A DNA stretch of 64,000 nt from the NCBI GenBank assembly GCA_001772615.1, contig MEUZ01000003.1:286433-350432 (forward strand). The letters run 5' to 3'. Below are positions 28,837 to 39,122 of this stretch, one piece after another; position 1 is the first letter of the stretch, and each line of letters opens with the position of its first letter. Position numbers and translations under genes: made by a program. The stretch comes from a candidate division WWE3 bacterium RIFCSPHIGHO2_01_FULL_40_23. GTDB lineage: Bacteria; Patescibacteriota; WWE3; UBA101185; 2-01-FULL-41-18. Below the pieces are notes generated by a model. The model did not search any database. It saw nothing but the letters and a program-made list of their open reading frames with translations, and was not told the origin of the DNA.

Positions 28837-29135
28837 ATCGTATTGCCGCACCTTTTGCACACCCTATACTTCTTCCCGTCAACCAACTTTTGCATGGTTC
28901 TGACTTCTCTTTTACATTTCTCACAAACAACCATAACGTTAGAGGCATCAATAGGCTTTTCCATTGAAATTATTCCACCTTCTTTTGATACCTTCCCCGC
29001 TTTTACATGCTTTTTAACGATATTCACTCCTTCAATTACAACTCTTCCGCTTTTTGAAACCTCTCTAACCGTTCCTTCTTTTCCTTTATCTTTTCCTGCA
29101 ATAACTTTTACTTTATCTCCCTTTTTTATTTTCAT
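28833..29135 (-). CDS. rplX: 50S ribosomal protein uL24
   Basis: KGDKVKVIAGKDKGK. Confidence 0.97.
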   Translation of the reverse strand: MKIKKGDKVKVIAGKDKGKEGTVREVSKSGRVVIEGVNIVKKHVKAGKVSKEGGIISMEKPIDASNVMVVCEKCKREVRTMQKLVDGKKYRVCKRCGNTI

Positions 29136-29137
29136 AT

Positions 29138-29506
29138 TTACCAGACCTCCATCGCAGCAGAAACAATTTTTAAAAATCCCTTATCACGCAGTTCCCTTGC
29201 GACGGGCCCGAAAACTCTTGTGCCTTTTGGAAGGCCATCATCGTCAACAACTACCGCCGCATTATCATCAAATCTTATATAGCTTCCGTCTTTCCTTCTG
29301 ACTTCCTTTCTCACTCTCACAATGACGGCTTTTACGATGGAGTGATCTTTTACAACACCCGTTGAAGAAGCTCCCTTAACCGAACAGGTTACAATGTTGG
29401 CTAAAGATGCAAACTTGCGCCTTGAATCGCCCGGTATACCAATAAGCTTAAGGCCTTTGGCTCCGGAGTTATCAGCTACGTTTAAGAAAGTTCCGACCTG
29501 AACCAT
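29138..29506 (-). CDS. rplN: 50S ribosomal protein uL14
   Basis: VADNSGA; FDDNAAV; GTRVFGPV. Confidence 0.97.
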   Translation of the reverse strand: MVQVGTFLNVADNSGAKGLKLIGIPGDSRRKFASLANIVTCSVKGASSTGVVKDHSIVKAVIVRVRKEVRRKDGSYIRFDDNAAVVVDDDGLPKGTRVFGPVARELRDKGFLKIVSAAMEVW

Positions 29507-29508
29507 AT

Positions 29509-29760
29509 TTACTCCTCACCCAAAACCTTAACTACTATAAATGACTTATCTTTGCTTATAGGCCTGCACTCTTCTATCCTGACTTTATCTCCTTTTTTCG
29601 CCCCGATTTCATTGTGGGCTTTAAATCTCCTAGTATTTTTGATCATCTTTGAATACAGCGGATGTCTCTTTGGCATTTCCACAGAAACAACAACAGTCTT
29701 TTGCATTTTGTCAGACACAACCATCCCTATAAATTGTTTCCTTCTAACCTCTTTAATCAT
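29509..29760 (-). CDS. rpsQ: 30S ribosomal protein uS17
   Basis: VVSDKMQKT; ECRPISK. Confidence 0.97.
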   Translation of the reverse strand: MIKEVRRKQFIGMVVSDKMQKTVVVSVEMPKRHPLYSKMIKNTRRFKAHNEIGAKKGDKVRIEECRPISKDKSFIVVKVLGEE

Positions 29761-29762
29761 TT

Positions 29763-29966
29763 CTAAACCTCCTCAAGAATTTCTTTCTCCGACAACACTG
29801 TTTCAAGCCTTGCAATATCTTTTTTTAAATCTTTCACCAAAGAAGTATTCTTTTCTTTTTTTAAAAAAATATCCTCTCTTTTTTTTGAAAGCTCCTCTTT
29901 TTTCTTTTGCACTTCGGCCCTTACTTCCTCTTTTGTTTTTCCTCTGTAGTCTTTTATGCTAGTCAT
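29763..29966 (-). CDS. rpmC: 50S ribosomal protein uL29
   Basis: KKDIARLETVL; position between rplP and rpsQ. Confidence 0.92.
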   Translation of the reverse strand: MTSIKDYRGKTKEEVRAEVQKKKEELSKKREDIFLKKEKNTSLVKDLKKDIARLETVLSEKEILEEV

Positions 29967-29967
29967 A

Positions 29968-30375
29968 TTATTTCTCCATAAGAAATCTGGTTTTCAAAGG
30001 GAGCTTGTGTGACGCTCTAAGCAGCGCCTGGCCTGCCATCTCTTTTGTAACACCGCTCATTTCAAGTAGAACCCGCCCGGGAAGAACCAAAACGGCGTAA
30101 TGATCAACGGCTCCTTTGCCGCTTCCCATTCTGGTCTCATTTGGTTTCTTGGTAATAGGCTTTGCCGGGAAAATTCTTATCCAAAGCCTTCCGCCTCTTT
30201 TGGTGTAATGGGCAATCGCTTTTCTTGCCGCCTCTATCTGCCGTGATGTAATATAACCCCTTCCTAAGGCTTTTAAACCATACTCGCCAAACTCAAGGCT
30301 GTTTCCTCTTCCAGAAACCCCCCTCATTTTGCCCGTTTGCTGCTTTCTGTATTTTGTCTTTTTTGGCATTAACAT
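29968..30375 (-). CDS. rplP: 50S ribosomal protein uL16
   Basis: PKKTKYRK; RQIEAAR; RMGSGKG. Confidence 0.97.
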   Translation of the reverse strand: MLMPKKTKYRKQQTGKMRGVSGRGNSLEFGEYGLKALGRGYITSRQIEAARKAIAHYTKRGGRLWIRIFPAKPITKKPNETRMGSGKGAVDHYAVLVLPGRVLLEMSGVTKEMAGQALLRASHKLPLKTRFLMEK

Positions 30376-30387
30376 AAATTTCCTTTA

Positions 30388-31023
30388 CTAAATCTTTGTT
30401 TCCCCTCTGTAAATCCACACCTTTACACCTACTATTCCGTATAAAGTTTTAGCATCAACAGCGGCAAAATCCACATCCGCTCTTAAAGTTTGGGAAGGTA
30501 TTGAGCCAAGAAGCATCGTGTCACTTCTTCCGATTGTATTTGCGCCTGATAAAAGTCCCGCGCATCTTACCTTAATGCCTTTTGCACCCTTATTCATTGA
30601 AGCTTCCATAGCCATTCTCACAGCTCTCTTATATGGAATTCTCCTTTCAATTTGAGAAGCTATATTATCGGCAACAATAGGCGCTTCAAGCTCGGGAAGT
30701 TTAACATCCTCAACACTAAAGGAAGAAATTTTTGAGCTTGTCAGTTTCTTCAACTCATCTTTAATTATTTCAGCCCCGCTTCCACCCCTTCCAATAACAA
30801 TACCGGGTCTTGAGACCTGCACTGTAATATTTATTTCGTTAACGGATCTTTCAATTTCTATTGATTTAAGGCCTGCAGGTCTTAACTTTTGTTTTAAATA
30901 CTTTCTGATATAAAAATCTTCAAGAAGTGTTTTTCCATACAATTTCTTATCCGAGAACCATCTGGATTTCCAGTCTTTTGATATTCCTATTCGTAACCCT
31001 ATCGGGTTTATTTTATGCCCCAT
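30388..31023 (-). CDS. rpsC: 30S ribosomal protein uS3
   Basis: MGHKINPIGLR; RPGIVIGRGG; GVKVWI. Confidence 0.97.
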   Translation of the reverse strand: MGHKINPIGLRIGISKDWKSRWFSDKKLYGKTLLEDFYIRKYLKQKLRPAGLKSIEIERSVNEINITVQVSRPGIVIGRGGSGAEIIKDELKKLTSSKISSFSVEDVKLPELEAPIVADNIASQIERRIPYKRAVRMAMEASMNKGAKGIKVRCAGLLSGANTIGRSDTMLLGSIPSQTLRADVDFAAVDAKTLYGIVGVKVWIYRGETKI

Positions 31024-31024
31024 A

Positions 31025-31372
31025 TTACTTAACCTTTGATAAACCTATTTCTATGTGAGCTGAGCGCTTTAGTATCGGAGAAAATCTTCCTCTGCCTACT
31101 ATTCTCCCCCTTTTTATCATTGGACCTCCGTGGGAAACCGCTTTTGAAACAACAAGATTTTCTGATTTAACGCTATTATTATTTGAAGCGTTCGCGCCTG
31201 CCGATCTTAAAGCTTTTAAAACAACTCTCGCCGCCTTGGTCCTTGTAAACTTTAAAATTCTTTCCGCCTCAACAAACGGTTTAGCCCGAATAAGATCTAG
31301 GGTCATTGCAACCTTTCTTGGTGAAACCCTGACATATTTAGCTGTTGCACTCGTTAATAATTCCTTTTCCAT
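31025..31372 (-). CDS. rplV: 50S ribosomal protein uL22
   Basis: VRVSPRK; ILKRSAHI. Confidence 0.96.
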   Translation of the reverse strand: MEKELLTSATAKYVRVSPRKVAMTLDLIRAKPFVEAERILKFTRTKAARVVLKALRSAGANASNNNSVKSENLVVSKAVSHGGPMIKRGRIVGRGRFSPILKRSAHIEIGLSKVK

Positions 31373-31375
31373 AAA

Positions 31376-31642
31376 TTAAACTTTCTTTGAAGAGTGCGCC
31401 CTGAATATCCTTGTAGGAGCAAACTCTCCAAGCCTGTGCCCGACCATGCTTTCAACTATGTAAACAGGCACATGCGTTTTCCCGTTATGAATTTCCAGAG
31501 TGTGTCCGACCATTTCGGGAGAAACCTGTGATGACCTGGCCCATGTTTTAATAGGCTTTTTTTCACCAAGCTTATTTAGTTTTTGGACCTTCATTAGAAG
31601 CTTTTCATCAACAAAAGGTCCTTTTTTAAGCGATCTTGACAT
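31376..31642 (-). CDS. rpsS: 30S ribosomal protein uS19
   Basis: RSLKKGPFV; [11 protein letters not shown]. Confidence 0.97.
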   Translation of the reverse strand: MSRSLKKGPFVDEKLLMKVQKLNKLGEKKPIKTWARSSQVSPEMVGHTLEIHNGKTHVPVYIVESMVGHRLGEFAPTRIFRAHSSKKV

Positions 31643-31647
31643 ATAAG

Positions 31648-32484
31648 TTATTTCTTTCTTTCACTTATAATAAACTTTCTAGTGTGCGTTCTTTTTCTGG
31701 TTTTAAATCCCTTAGTTTTCCATCCCCAGGGAGATTTAGGAGAAGGCATACCAATTCCTGATGTTTTATAGGAACCTGCGTGGGGATGATCTGACGGATC
31801 GGCCATGGCAACACCTCTTGTGTGGGGCCTTCTTCCCTTGTACCTGTTAATGCCTGCTTTGCCAAGATTTATATGCCTGACTTCGGGATTTGATAAAACT
31901 CCTATCGTCGCGTAACAGCTTCCAAGCACCTTTCTTATCTCGCCGCTGGGAAGTTTTATGATACCATAATCACCTTCCTTGGCCATGAGGACAGCCGAAA
32001 GTCCTGCTCCCCTTACAAGCTTGCCCCCTCCCTTTGGATAAAGCTCTATATTGTGAATTAAAGCTCCCAAGGGTGCGTTGGAAAGAGGCATTGCATTGCC
32101 CAGGTTTGCTTGCGCCTCGGGACCTGATGAAACAATATCCCCGACCTTAAGACCGATTGGCGCAAGAATATATCTTTTCTCTCCGTCCGAGTATGAAAGG
32201 AGGGCTATGTTTGGCCCTCTGTTTGGATCGTATTCTATGCTTTTCACAGTCGCAGGAATACCATGCTTATTTCTCTTAAAATCAATAATCCTATAAAGCT
32301 TTTTTGCTCCTTGCTGTCTGGAGTTTGAGGTTATTCTCCCGTGAGTCCTCCCCACGGCTCCTTTTTTTGGAACAGTTAAAGACTTTTCAGGTCTTTTTTC
32401 ATTAACCTCATAAGTTACGGTTTTCCTACCTCTTAATCCTTCGCTTGTGGGCCTATATGTCTTCATAATCTTATTTGCTCTCAA
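31648..32484 (-). CDS. rplB: 50S ribosomal protein uL2 (start may be the second Met, MKTYRP)
   Basis: YRIIDF, IEYDPNR, KLPSGE, DHPH. Confidence 0.96.
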   Translation of the reverse strand: MRANKIMKTYRPTSEGLRGRKTVTYEVNEKRPEKSLTVPKKGAVGRTHGRITSNSRQQGAKKLYRIIDFKRNKHGIPATVKSIEYDPNRGPNIALLSYSDGEKRYILAPIGLKVGDIVSSGPEAQANLGNAMPLSNAPLGALIHNIELYPKGGGKLVRGAGLSAVLMAKEGDYGIIKLPSGEIRKVLGSCYATIGVLSNPEVRHINLGKAGINRYKGRRPHTRGVAMADPSDHPHAGSYKTSGIGMPSPKSPWGWKTKGFKTRKRTHTRKFIISERKK

Positions 32485-32761
32485 ATAATTTTATACTCTG
32501 GCCTTTTTTCAAAGTTACAACAGCTTTTTTCCACTTGGGAAGTTTTACGTATTTTCTGCCTTTAAGCATTTTCTTTTGCTTGCCGGGAACTATTTGGGTT
32601 GTTACTTTAACAGCATCCACCCCGAATAAGTCCTTCACTGCTTTAGAAACCGCGCCTTTAGAGCAAGAAATCGGAACTTCAAAAACATATTTGTTTTCTA
32701 TCACTAACGATGTGGTTTTTTCGGTTATCACCGGTCTTTTTATAAAATTATTAAGCCTCAT
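32471..32761 (-). CDS. rplW: 50S ribosomal protein uL23
   Basis: PVITEK; KKAVVTL. Confidence 0.96.
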   Translation of the reverse strand: MRLNNFIKRPVITEKTTSLVIENKYVFEVPISCSKGAVSKAVKDLFGVDAVKVTTQIVPGKQKKMLKGRKYVKLPKWKKAVVTLKKGQSIKLFESK

Positions 32762-33356
32762 ATCTTCCCTTTAAAACTTCGCTACTCCCGTTTAATAAAA
32801 CAACCTCTTTGCTTTTTAAAATATCGTAAACATTTACATCTAAAGCAGATCTGATATTTATTCCTTTAACATTTCTTCCCGCTCTGACAAGTGATGAATC
32901 GTATTTCGGGGTTATAATCAAAGATCCTTTTTCAATATTATTTTCGTCAAGCATTTTAATAAATTCTTTTGTTTTTGGGGCTTTAAGACTAAATCTATCG
33001 GAAGTTTTTATTTGATTTCTTTTAGCTTTTAAACTTAAGGCGGATTCAAGAGCTTTCTTTCTTAAGGCGACAGGAAAATTAAGCGACCAGTCTTTCATCT
33101 TTGGCCCGTGTGCAATACCCCCATGCACAAAATGAGGGGCTCTTATTGACCCCTGCCTTGCTCTTCCCGTTCCTTTCTGCCTCCAGGGTTTCTTCCCACC
33201 CCCCGAGACGTCGCCCCTTGTTTTGGTATTGGAAGTTCCCTGTCTTTGATTTGCTCTATAAACTCTAATGTACAACGCCAAAAGCTCCTCGTTTATGGGA
33301 GAGTTAAAAAGTGTTTCTTTTTTTGTTTGTGTTTCCTTTTTTCCTTTTTTTTGCAT
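32751..33356 (-). CDS. rplD: 50S ribosomal protein uL4
   Basis: KPWRQKGTGRARQG. Confidence 0.97.
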   Translation of the reverse strand: MQKKGKKETQTKKETLFNSPINEELLALYIRVYRANQRQGTSNTKTRGDVSGGGKKPWRQKGTGRARQGSIRAPHFVHGGIAHGPKMKDWSLNFPVALRKKALESALSLKAKRNQIKTSDRFSLKAPKTKEFIKMLDENNIEKGSLIITPKYDSSLVRAGRNVKGINIRSALDVNVYDILKSKEVVLLNGSSEVLKGRYEA

Positions 33357-33358
33357 TT

Positions 33359-33784
33359 TTATTCCAAAACCTCAATAACAACTTTTGAATTTCTGGCGCC
33401 CGGAAGCGGACCCGATATCTTCATTCTTTTGGTAGCTGCGTCAACCTCTACTATTTTAAGTCCCTTTAAAGTCACCCTTTTATTTCCATGCCTTCCTGCT
33501 CTCCTCTTGCCTTTATAAACCCTTCCAGGAGTTGTCGTCTGCCCTGAAGAACCAGGGGCTCTGTGTCTGTCTGACTGACCATGCGTTTTCGGACCTCCCT
33601 TAAAATGGTATCTTTTTACAACACCCGTAAATCCTGCTCCCTTAGAAGTCCCTACAACAATCACTTTTTTCCCCGCAAGCTCGGGCAGAGCTTCGGAATC
33701 AATCACAACAAGAGTAACGGGGATCACCGTTCCGTCCTCCATAAAAAATTGAGACATTTCAAGCTTTCTTCCCTCAAGTTTCAT
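33359..33784 (-). CDS. rplC: 50S ribosomal protein uL3, internally shortened (141 aa)
   Basis: MSQFF...PVT N-terminus; GTSKGAGF, THG...HRAPGS, GRVYKG. Confidence 0.93.
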   Translation of the reverse strand: MKLEGRKLEMSQFFMEDGTVIPVTLVVIDSEALPELAGKKVIVVGTSKGAGFTGVVKRYHFKGGPKTHGQSDRHRAPGSSGQTTTPGRVYKGKRRAGRHGNKRVTLKGLKIVEVDAATKRMKISGPLPGARNSKVVIEVLE

Positions 33785-33800
33785 AAAACCTTACATAAAT

Positions 33801-33820
33801 AAAAAAGCGCCTTAAGGCGC
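33801..33820 (-). terminator. Terminator/attenuator-like hairpin upstream of rplC
   Basis: Minus strand reads gcgccttaaggcgc followed by T6. Confidence 0.6.
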
Positions 33821-33939
33821 AAGAAACTAATCCTTAACTTGCAAACCCTGACTAGGTACCCAAATTATTTTTTAATGTTTCTTCCCTTTTAAGGTTTAAT
33901 AACATTTAACTTTTCAAGGTTAAACCTTGTACGTTTTCT

Positions 33940-34251
33940 CTACATCTTTATCTCAATCCCGCATCCTGCAGGAAGGTTAAGATGAGACAGGCTGTCTATA
34001 GTCGTAGACGTTGGATCAAGTATATCAATTAATCTCTTATGTGTCCTTATCTCAAACTGCTCCCTTGATCTTTTATCAATATGAGGTCCTCGTATTACCG
34101 TGTATCTTTCAATTTGTGTGGGCAAAGGGATAGGGCCCGAAATTTTAGCTCCGGTTCTGACTGCCGTGTCCACAATTCGGGATGCCGACTGATCAACAAT
34201 CCTTGAATCATAGGCTTTAAGTTTTATTCTAATTCTTGCCCCTTTTGCCAT
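33940..34251 (-). CDS. rpsJ: 30S ribosomal protein uS10
   Basis: IRIKLKAYD; GPIPLPT; [11 protein letters not shown]. Confidence 0.97.
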   Translation of the reverse strand: MAKGARIRIKLKAYDSRIVDQSASRIVDTAVRTGAKISGPIPLPTQIERYTVIRGPHIDKRSREQFEIRTHKRLIDILDPTSTTIDSLSHLNLPAGCGIEIKM

Positions 34252-34300
34252 AGTTGGTATTGCAGTAAACTATCTTCTTGGTTTGCGAATAAGGTATCTA

Positions 34301-35479
34301 TCAGGCAGTGACTTTTGTAATTACTCCAGCTCCAACAGTATTACCACCTTCTCTAATTGCAAACCTTAACCCATCTTCAAGAGCAACAGGCGTTATAAGT
34401 TTAACCGAAACCTTAACGCTATCTCCCGGCATTACCATTTCTGTTCCCGAAGGAAGCGTGACTTCCCCGGTAACATCAGTGGTTCTGATATAAAACTGGG
34501 GCCTGTATCCCGAGAAGAAAGGTGTGTGTCTGCCGTTTTCCTCTTTGGAAAGGACATAAATCTCACAGTCAAACTCACTGTGAGGCTTTGTTGTACCGGG
34601 TTTGGCAAGAACCTGGCCTCTTTCCACCTGATCTTTCTCAATACCTCTTAATAAAACACCAACATTATCTCCTGCCTGGCCTTCCTGCATCTGCTTCTTA
34701 AACATTTCAACACCAGTCACAACCGTCTTCTGCGTATCTCTTATACCGACAATCTCTATTTCTTCACCAATCTTAACAACACCTTTTTCAATCTTGCCGG
34801 TCACAACGGTGCCTCTTCCCTTTATGGAAAAAACATCCTCAATAGGCATTAGGAAAGGTTTATCAAGCTCTCTTACAGGTGTTGGGATATTTGTATCAAC
34901 CGCATTCATCAACTCTTCAATTGCTTTAACGGACTCTGCATCACCCTCAAGAGCTTTAAGAGCCGACCCTTTAATAACAGGAACTTTAGCCCCATCATAA
35001 CCGTATTTGGTTAAGATCTCCCTGATTTCAACTTCAACAAGGTCCAAAAGCTCTTTATCCGAGACCATATCGCACTTGTTCATAAAAACAACAAGCGCCG
35101 GAACATTAACCTGACGTGCAAGAAGAATGTGCTCTCTGGTTTGAGGCATGGGGCCATCGGGAGCCGAGACAACAAGAATCGCCCCGTCCATCTGCGCCGC
35201 ACCAGTAATCATATTTTTTATGTAGTCTTTATGCCCGGGGGCATCAATATGAGCATAATGTCTTGCATCAGTTTCGTACTCAACATGAGTGATATTAATA
35301 GTAATACCCCTGGCTCTCTCTTCAGGAGCTTTGTCAATTGTTTCATAAGCCCTGAATTCGGCTTTGCCTTTCCCTGCTAAAACCTTGGTGATAGCAGCGG
35401 TAAGTGTCGTCTTACCATGGTCAACGTGACCGATTGTTCCGATATTTACGTGAGGTTTGTTTCTAACAAACTCCGCCAT
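34301..35479 (-). CDS. tuf: Elongation factor Tu
   Basis: [26 protein letters not shown]; start at MAEF (35477-35479). Confidence 0.98.
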   Translation of the reverse strand: MAEFVRNKPHVNIGTIGHVDHGKTTLTAAITKVLAGKGKAEFRAYETIDKAPEERARGITINITHVEYETDARHYAHIDAPGHKDYIKNMITGAAQMDGAILVVSAPDGPMPQTREHILLARQVNVPALVVFMNKCDMVSDKELLDLVEVEIREILTKYGYDGAKVPVIKGSALKALEGDAESVKAIEELMNAVDTNIPTPVRELDKPFLMPIEDVFSIKGRGTVVTGKIEKGVVKIGEEIEIVGIRDTQKTVVTGVEMFKKQMQEGQAGDNVGVLLRGIEKDQVERGQVLAKPGTTKPHSEFDCEIYVLSKEENGRHTPFFSGYRPQFYIRTTDVTGEVTLPSGTEMVMPGDSVKVSVKLITPVALEDGLRFAIREGGNTVGAGVITKVTA

Positions 35480-35629
35480 AACACCTTTCCAAGTTTGTAA
35501 ACCTAAATACAACCGCACGTCCCAGGTCGTATCTAAATTAAACTTTGATAAAATTTAATACTTGCGCCAAATTGTGTTGACGCCAACAAGTTTGCCAAAA
35601 TTCTGCCAAAAAATCAAGCACCAGCTACA

Positions 35630-37708
35630 CTACCCTTTTTTAGTTTTTATCTGCTCAACAACATTCTGCGGAACTTCCTCATAATGAGAAGGCTCCATTA
35701 CAAAGCTTGCTCTTCCTTGAGTCATACCCCTTAAGTCCGTGGCATACCCAAACATTTCCGAAAGAGGGACTAGAGCCGATATTACCTTGGCATTTCCCCT
35801 GATTTCAGTCCCTTCAATCCTTCCCCTTCTTGAGGACAAATTGCCGATTATATCGCCCATAAATTCATCCGTTGAAATTACTTCAACTTTCATTATAGGC
35901 TCAAGAAGAACAGGGTTAGCTTTTCTCATTCCGTCCCTGAAAGCTTCATGAGCGGCCATTTTAAAAGCAAGCTCCGATGAATCAACCTCATGGAAAGACC
36001 CGTCAAACAAAGTTGCTGAAAAATCAACAACCGGGTAACCTGCAACAACTCCACTTTCCATTACCTCCTTAATTCCTTTTTCAACGGCGGGGAAATACTC
36101 CCTTGGAATAGCCCCTCCCACTATTTTATTAATAAACTCATAACCTTCACCTCTTCCCTTTGGCTCAAGTTTAATAAAGACATGGCCGTATTGGCCGTGT
36201 CCGCCTGACTGCTTAATATATTTTCCTTCCTGCTCAACTGATGATTTTATAGTTTCACGATAAGCAACCTGGGGCTTTCCCGTATTTACTTCAACACCAA
36301 ACTCCCTCTTTAAACGGTCAACTTTAATTTCAAGATGCAGCTCCCCCATACCCGATATAAGAGTCTGCCCCGTTTCGGGATTGCTCCCAAGCTTAAATGT
36401 TGGATCTTCTTCAACAAGCTTTTTTAGAACTTCTCCAAGTTTGTCCCTGTCCGCTTTGGTTTTTGGCTCTATGACAAGGGAAATAACAGGGTCGGGAAAT
36501 TTAATATTTTCAAGAATTAAAGGGGTTGACTCGTCGCATAAAGTATCCCCGGTGGCAGTGTCTTTAAGTCCCACTGCTGCGCCGATTTCGCCGGCCGAAA
36601 GTTCATTTATTTCCTCCCTTTGGTTGGCGTGCATTAGAACGAGCCTTGAAAGCCTTTCCTTAGCTCCTTTTGTAGAATTTAAAACATAAGTTCCATTTTT
36701 AAGTGAACCCGTATATACCCTCACAAATGTAAGTCTTCCTATAAACGGATCGGTCTGGATTTTAAAAGCAAGTGCGGAGGTTTTCTTTTCTTTGTTGGGA
36801 GTGAGAAGCTCCATACTTTTACCTGAAGTATCGGTGGCTTCATAGTGCGATCTATCAAGAGGCGAGGGCAAAAAAGAAACAACCGCATCTAAAATAGCCG
36901 TAACAGGGACGCCTCTTCCATCTCCTCCGGTAACAGGGAAAAATTTACCTGAAAGGGTAGCTTTTCTCACAGCTAAGGAAAGTTCATCTTCTGAAAGATC
37001 CTGTCCATTTAAAAACTTTTCCATCAGGCTATCGTCATACTCCACAACTCTTTCCATCAAAAGAGTTCTGTAAATCTTCACTTTTTCCATATACTCTTTG
37101 GGTATCTCTCCTTCAACAAGATGATCTTGATGAAAGTCGGTATAGGTGTAAGCCTTCATTTTAATGAGATCAATTAATCCGTTTACATCTTTTTCAAAGC
37201 CGATTGGAAGGTGAATGGGGGTTGCGTTTTTTCCAAGCCTTTCATGAATTGACCCAAGGCTTTTATAAAAATCTCCGCCTATTTGATTAATTTTATTAAT
37301 AAAACAGATTCTTGGGACATGATACTTGTCGGCCTGCCTCCAAACCGTTTCAGACTGCGGCTCAACACCCATCTTGCCGTCAAAAACCACAACCGCTCCA
37401 TCCAAAACCCTTAAAGATCTCTCAACTTCAGCAGTAAAATCAACATGGCCGGGAGTGTCAATAATATTGATTCTATGGTCCTTCCAGAAACAGGTTGTCG
37501 CGGCGGACGTAATGGTTATACCTCTTTCCCTTTCCTGCGGCATCCAATCCATTTGAGTGTCCCCAGTGTGGACCTCGCCTATCCTATGGATCTTCCCCGT
37601 GTAATAAAGCACAGATTCAGTCGTGGTTGTTTTACCCGCGTCAATGTGAGCTATTATTCCAATGTTTCTTATCCTTTCCAAAGGATATTTCCTGTTAGAT
37701 GTTTCCAT
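35630..37708 (-). CDS. fusA: Elongation factor G (non-canonical G4/G5 motifs)
   Basis: [32 protein letters not shown]; upstream of tuf. Confidence 0.97.
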   Translation of the reverse strand: METSNRKYPLERIRNIGIIAHIDAGKTTTTESVLYYTGKIHRIGEVHTGDTQMDWMPQERERGITITSAATTCFWKDHRINIIDTPGHVDFTAEVERSLRVLDGAVVVFDGKMGVEPQSETVWRQADKYHVPRICFINKINQIGGDFYKSLGSIHERLGKNATPIHLPIGFEKDVNGLIDLIKMKAYTYTDFHQDHLVEGEIPKEYMEKVKIYRTLLMERVVEYDDSLMEKFLNGQDLSEDELSLAVRKATLSGKFFPVTGGDGRGVPVTAILDAVVSFLPSPLDRSHYEATDTSGKSMELLTPNKEKKTSALAFKIQTDPFIGRLTFVRVYTGSLKNGTYVLNSTKGAKERLSRLVLMHANQREEINELSAGEIGAAVGLKDTATGDTLCDESTPLILENIKFPDPVISLVIEPKTKADRDKLGEVLKKLVEEDPTFKLGSNPETGQTLISGMGELHLEIKVDRLKREFGVEVNTGKPQVAYRETIKSSVEQEGKYIKQSGGHGQYGHVFIKLEPKGRGEGYEFINKIVGGAIPREYFPAVEKGIKEVMESGVVAGYPVVDFSATLFDGSFHEVDSSELAFKMAAHEAFRDGMRKANPVLLEPIMKVEVISTDEFMGDIIGNLSSRRGRIEGTEIRGNAKVISALVPLSEMFGYATDLRGMTQGRASFVMEPSHYEEVPQNVVEQIKTKKG

Positions 37709-37715
37709 TATCAAC

Positions 37716-37803
37716 AAAAAGCTTCCCTTTTAGGAAAGCCTGCCTTTTTCCATAATACTCTTTTTAGCTACGTAAATTTAGCAGGAAGAATTTGTGATGT
37801 CAA
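37716..37803 (-). promoter_or_regulatory. fusA promoter and leader hairpin
   Basis: TTGACA-17 nt-TAAATT at 37775-37803; ggctttcc-taaaa-gggaagc followed by a T-run just before the start. Confidence 0.65.
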
Positions 37804-37820
37804 CGGCAAAAAGGGGTACT

Positions 37821-38396
37821 TTACTGCCTGTTTATGGAGTCAAGAAGCACAGATAAAGCTACGGCTAATCGTCTATCAATAACCTTCCCTGTGTCATTTC
37901 TCAAATCTATGTAATACCTATCTCTTATTAAAGCTCTCTTCTTTTCTATTACCCCTAAAGCCGTATCGCCTTTCACGATATCAAATTTTACGGGGATAAC
38001 GAGTGTAATGAAATCAAAAACCCTCCTTAAAACCGCAAGGACAATTGAATCCTCATGCACCTCTGCAATCATTTCTTCAGAAGGAGAAAGAATTAGCCAC
38101 TTTCCGCGTAAAAGAGATCTTAAACCTTCTCTTTTTATAATCCCCAAAACCGCTCCCGACGAAGAATCAGAAACAGTATATTTGCCTGAAAAATCAATAA
38201 TATTTTGAGCTGAAATTTTTAAAAACTCACTGGTTTCGGCTTGATCCGTATAAAAGCGAAAATCTTCTTTCAGCCTAAAAAGCTTCTGTTTTGAGTATAA
38301 AAGGACATTACTTCCCGCATCCGTAACTATATATTTATTACCAAGTGCAAGCATTTTCTGGGCAAGAAGAAGCTCGTCATATTGATTTAAATCCAT
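37821..38396 (-). CDS. LURP-one/Tubby C-like (scramblase-like) protein
   Basis: QKML.LGNKY.V.D..G...KQKLFRLKE...DRY.I....DRRL beta-barrel pattern. Confidence 0.7.
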   Translation of the reverse strand: MDLNQYDELLLAQKMLALGNKYIVTDAGSNVLLYSKQKLFRLKEDFRFYTDQAETSEFLKISAQNIIDFSGKYTVSDSSSGAVLGIIKREGLRSLLRGKWLILSPSEEMIAEVHEDSIVLAVLRRVFDFITLVIPVKFDIVKGDTALGVIEKKRALIRDRYYIDLRNDTGKVIDRRLAVALSVLLDSINRQ

Positions 38397-38517
38397 TCCT
38401 TAACACTATCACATAAAAATACGATTGCAAAACACGCTCTGACCATGAAGTGAGAGCCTACTCTCTACTTCATGGCAAACCATTGACTTAAGCCTTTGCA
38501 GGATAAATAATTATTTT

Positions 38518-38712
38518 GTGCTTGATAACCACCTTTACAATCTTTTAAACCAGTTAACGCAGGAGCACAAAAGCCTTTGGCGAATTAAAAATAAATACAT
38601 GGTTGACTCTGACGGCTGTGATAAATGCAAAGAATTCTGGAACAAACTGGAAAAGGATAAAGAAGATCACATTAAAGAGCTAACAGACCTTATAAAATCC
38701 CACATGTCTTAG
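38518..38712 (+). CDS. Small ferritin-like two-helix protein with CxxC
   Basis: YNLLNQLTQEHKSLWRI...Y..D...CDKC..FW..L..DKE.HI. Confidence 0.7.
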   Translation: MLDNHLYNLLNQLTQEHKSLWRIKNKYMVDSDGCDKCKEFWNKLEKDKEDHIKELTDLIKSHMS

Positions 38713-39122
38713 CTTTCTACCAGACTTTTAATCTTATCCATAAAAGTATGCATATACTTCTTCAGGCTTTTTGTGAGTGGAAGATTAACAACTTCATCCA
38801 GACTGAAAAACTTTATTTCCTGGCCTTCATTACCAAGCTTCATTTCCTTAATATCTTCATCGTTCACCCGCGAATAGTAATAATGGCTTTCACTTCCATC
38901 TTCTCTTGTGATCTTTGCAAAAAAAGACATGGATTTAAGACTTATATTGGCTTCTTCCAATACTTCACGTTTAGCTCCCTCTTCAAAACTCTCACCTTCC
39001 TCAAGCATACCGCCAACGACACTCCAGCAGTTGGGGTAGGGAATCGCAGGATCGTTGTCCCTGTGAATAAGTAAAATTTTCTTATCTTTGATTATTATTA
39101 CACCGGCGTAATTACTGGTCAT
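38709..39122 (-). CDS. NUDIX hydrolase
   Basis: GGMLEEGESFEEGAKREVLEE Nudix box; start overlaps the rpsG stop (TAATG). Confidence 0.92.
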   Translation of the reverse strand: MTSNYAGVIIIKDKKILLIHRDNDPAIPYPNCWSVVGGMLEEGESFEEGAKREVLEEANISLKSMSFFAKITREDGSESHYYYSRVNDEDIKEMKLGNEGQEIKFFSLDEVVNLPLTKSLKKYMHTFMDKIKSLVES

